Shown one piece after another: positions 59,994 to 64,000 of a DNA stretch of 64,000 bases. The DNA is from Octopus vulgaris (taxonomy: Eukaryota). Location: the NCBI GenBank assembly GCA_951406725.2, contig OX597814.1, positions 174,220,001-174,284,000 of the forward strand, in the 5' to 3' direction. The notes below the pieces were generated by a model that saw only the letters and a list, made by a program, of their open reading frames with translations, searched no databases and was not told the origin of the DNA. Made by a program: the position numbers and the translations under genes. The first letter of the stretch is position 1. Each line of letters begins with the position of its first letter.

Positions 59994-62900
59994 GTAATTT
60001 GAACATTTTTATTTATATATTTTCTAGTTCCAGCTCCTCCCTCCTAACCCCTTTATATATACACTTCGAAATCCTACATTTTATTGATGATAGACATCGT
60101 TATTCATATTTTCTCTTTTAAGTTTTAAATGAATTGTACTCCTTGTACTCCTTCAAATTTATAATCATTAGAATCCCAGTTATTTCCTTAAAAAAGGCAT
60201 TTTTTTTCTATTTGTATACCCAAACAAATAACCTATGGGACCATGAGTTGATGTAGCTCCAAATTAATTGATAGAAAAGATTCATTCATGGCATGCAGGT
60301 AGTTGCCCAAACTACTAGGTGTGATCCTCAGATCTGTTGCTACCATAAACACTGTCTTAATGGAGAACTTTTCTTTCATCTATGTTTGTAAAGATGTAAA
60401 TTAAAATCTAATTACGTATTGTGTACTTGATTATATTTTATTATTTGCCTCCTCTGCATGTCCTGTTAAGCTTTATCATCACTAATAGAACATCAAAATA
60501 GTGTTTTCATTTAACTTCAAGATTTTATTAGGTTATTAATGGAAATTTATTCATTTATTATTATTGATAGGAATTTAATAATGATAAAAAAAACAAAAAA
60601 AAAAAACATTTGAATTATTTTTATTAGTAATTTACTTGTGCAAGAATAAAATGCAAGCAAAAATTCTGATTACACGTATTTTCACTTTCTGTGAAATTTC
60701 AATTTCGAGCAGAGACGATGTTTGGTTTCAATATTTTTCTAATTTAATTTAGTAATTAGTCATACATATGGGTTGTTGCTATTATTTCATACAGGGAGGC
60801 AGGGATTCACTATAAAATCTGATGAAAGTTGTTTACTTCCATCCTGTTTAAACATTTATTGAGCAAACCTACGATAAAAGGTATTTCATTTGCGACCATT
60901 TCATTGTTTTTTGGGGTTTTTTTTCGGTAGGCGGTCAAATAGGGGCTTGGACAACGTTATCTAATGTGTCCTTCCCTTACTTACTTGGTGGGTGTGATCT
61001 AGGGGAGATAGGCTGCTATTTTAAGCAGATAGAGCGACCTCGTAGAGGCTTCCTCGTTGGCTCCTACTTGTAAAATTTGAAGGAATTAAGTCGTGAAGTA
61101 AATGTTGAGAATCACTGAATTGTTTACAACATATATAATGTATACCTAGTTAAAAACTAATGAATAAAAATCAATACATCCACATCCTATTTCTGAGAAT
61201 TTTGTTGCCTGTTCAGAATATATGTTTCACTATTATTGTGGACCGCAACAACTGAGTCACATTCGTAAAACGAAAATAATAAATAAATTTATCCATTTAT
61301 GAATACCGTATTTTTTAGCTTAATATTTTCTAATTAATTTTTAATGGGAAAAAAATATTTTTTTAATCGTCACATTTCATTACGAGTACGCCCTGCCTTG
61401 TTGAGCATATAAAATTAACAATGAGTTTTATTCTCAGAACCGTATTTGGTGGGTTATGTGTGTGTGTGTGTACAGACACACTTTGAGGTAGCTTACATTA
61501 CCCATCACTATGATTTAGAATCTGATGCTACAAGTATGTATACAGACTGCCAGACAATGCTGTTCTTCATACATAATTTTGCACATAAGCCCCCCTCCCT
61601 CCTATATACGAGTTACACTAGAATATAACTAGATATACATGTTTATATTACTTAGGCTTCGCTACCACGAGAGCCGTTCTTATTTTTAAGTAATCCTTTA
61701 ATACGAACACACACACACACGTATTGAATGTGTGGATACTATTTTTTGTTGGGGGATAGGCGTAATATTATCATCCGATTTAATATTCTACCTGGCCTTC
61801 GGGTGCATCTAACAGTCTATTATTTTGTTGTAGACATTCGCTCTAAACATTCAGTGAAAATAGCATAAGTTGATGTGCTACTTCATACGCTAGCTTTCCT
61901 TGTGAAATGTGACTCTTGGAGGTTACAGGTGGAATGATTTTTTTTCCCAGCGGAGGCACGTCGACAAATAGGACAGGAGTATAATCCCGCGTGTAATGTC
62001 TCGGTGGATTACTCGAATCCTCTTTCTCCAGTTCGTGACTAATGCTCTTGAGTTTAGAATTTCAGTAGGCCCGTACGCAGATCTAATTACTTGGATCGAA
62101 GTAGTAGTTATTGGCAACTTCTCCGTATGCAGCCAAAACTAATTGAAATGAAATCGAACTAAATAAGTCCGCGTTCAATCTGTTGGATAATTATCGGACA
62201 CTACTCTACACAGATTAATTTACTTTCATTATCGAATGCAATTGGTTTCTTAAATACAAACCTATATTTTGACATATTGATTGTATATGTTCACTTTACA
62301 GCTAAAAATGACATGTAACGTATACACTGACAGCTTTAATAATGCACGATAATTTCTCCAAGATTAGTTTTTGCGTTGCCTACACTCTGAATGTAATATG
62401 TGCCAAAGATCTTAGAGGTAAAATCTGACCTAACAAATGGCGAAGTCCTATATTTCAATCTCACAAACAATGAAAGAGTTCAATCTGTGATCGAAAATTT
62501 GTTGGTAGATAGAAATCATTTCCCTCATACATTGTCTGTGACAACAGTGAGGCGCACACCTAAAAAGTTATTCAATGATACTCTTTCTTCCGGGATGTTT
62601 GTAGCCTGGTCGACGCATTTGGTGGTAGACTACCTAGTTCTACACTTGTTACTTGGCAACTTGGGTGTCTTTAGCGGAGCCCTCTCTGTTACAAGCCTTG
62701 GGGCCAGGTTTCCACTTTGAAGATATCTTCTTCCCACTTGTCCTGAAGGCTCTGTATTGCACTGCCTTCCTCGCTATAAGATAAAAAAATGATATTGTGA
62801 AATATCTCCTAAATTTTATGTCATTGAAGTCAGTTGGGAATCTTCCATTTTTGCCAGTTATCCTTACCAGGCAGTGTACTCCACTTACACAAAACAACTA

Positions 62901-64000
62901 AGCGAGTGATCCAAACCATCTTAACTATCTCTTTGTTTTTCAAACAACCGAAACACATAATTCCGGATGGTTCTCATAGCTGTGCTGCAGCAGTACAAAG
63001 AACTCAACCAAAAAAACTCGGAGAAACTCATGCAACTCTAACTAGATGGATTTTTACCCACTGTTGCAACTCCTGCGAGAGTACCATCCAAAATGTACTG
63101 CCATGCATCATATTCTGCAAGTTCTCTTATCTGTAAAATTGCTGCAGGTCCTTGTGGTTTCTTGCCAAGACAAGACAATCTCTATCAATTTTATATTCTC
63201 CTACCCTTCACTCTTCAACCAAGATGGCTTTCTAAGCAGTACTCTTCCAGAGAAAGTGTCTACATTTGACAAGTTTTCTCCAGAATTTTCCTTTACTTCC
63301 TAACCCTAACCCGTCTCATTCATGCTTGTAAACATACTCATCAAGTGCGAAAATCTTACACATGCGTACGTATGTATGTGTGTGTGTTCTTTGTTTCGAG
63401 ACGTTTACTCATGCTTTTCATATTGCGAAATCATATACGGCCAATCTACAAACGGAACATACGGATACAATTCTGCAGTATGAAGCTTTGAGTAACGATG
63501 TTTCGATTCATGAAGATTCTCTAACATCCTCTCTTGTCAAAATTGTCTTGAAAATAAAACGTGTTGAGGCCCAACACCCCTCCTCCCAGATTCAGCCTTG
63601 ACAGTTTTCCTTTTAATGTGAGATCAATACCAATGGCAGATAATTCATGAGCAATTTTTTTCCCATTTTCTTTTGTTCTACAAAAAAGAAAAATCAATTT
63701 TCAATATGGTGAGGAATCTTTTAAGATCAATCGAAGCATCAATTCACACACACACATATATATATCATAAAACCAATCGCTATCTGGTTACAAACGTTAA
63801 TTGAATGCGTGTGTGTACACTAATGCAATATTGTTTATTTCTGTCGTGTTGTGTATACTGTTGCAGTTATGGCAAATACAGACAATTCGCAAGATATATT
63901 TTAGATGCATACATTATTTAATCTTTACACTTGTGTCCACACTCCACTTGTACATTATTTCATAAGTATCAAAATGCAATTATAGTTGCAAATGTACCTG

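Noticed and set aside
59994-60121. Extension of the MCGNT ORF to 61 aa, or a 33-nt intron ending at ttttctag (60026)
   Set aside because: Sequence after the GT donor is AT-rich and intron-like, and a 33-nt intron is implausibly short.
63299-63312. Telomeric repeat (taaccc)2
   Set aside because: Only two units; isolated taaccc motifs are common in TE remnants (also near 50932).

Overview
AT-rich eukaryotic genomic DNA, dense in microsatellites and decayed transposable elements. The repeat repertoire (tRNA-derived SINEs, RTE LINE tails ending in (GAT)n, Tx1, CR1, Hero, Penelope, Tc1/mariner, Gypsy, Helitron, many MITEs) looks like a cephalopod (Octopus-type) genome; this is inference from memory of repeat families, not a search. 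No intact long ORF exists, and nearly all track ORFs are microsatellite or TE artefacts. The best host-gene evidence is a CCAAT/E-box promoter and a 58-nt first coding exon at 59.76-59.99 kb (MCGNTDEEDTTDSGYSSKF, with a DSGxxS degron). A weaker minus-strand exon-like cluster lies at 6.37-6.87 kb. The most notable TE observations are: (1) a SINE whose 3' tail matches the 3' end of a Tx1 LINE in the same window, and which repeatedly lands at one site within its own copies; (2) a second SINE sharing its tail with a CR1 LINE; (3) several Penelope-type minimal hammerhead ribozymes, one inside a near-perfect palindrome; (4) several long inverted-repeat structures. No CRISPR, rRNA or genuine tRNA gene was found. 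Coordinates of degraded elements are approximate.
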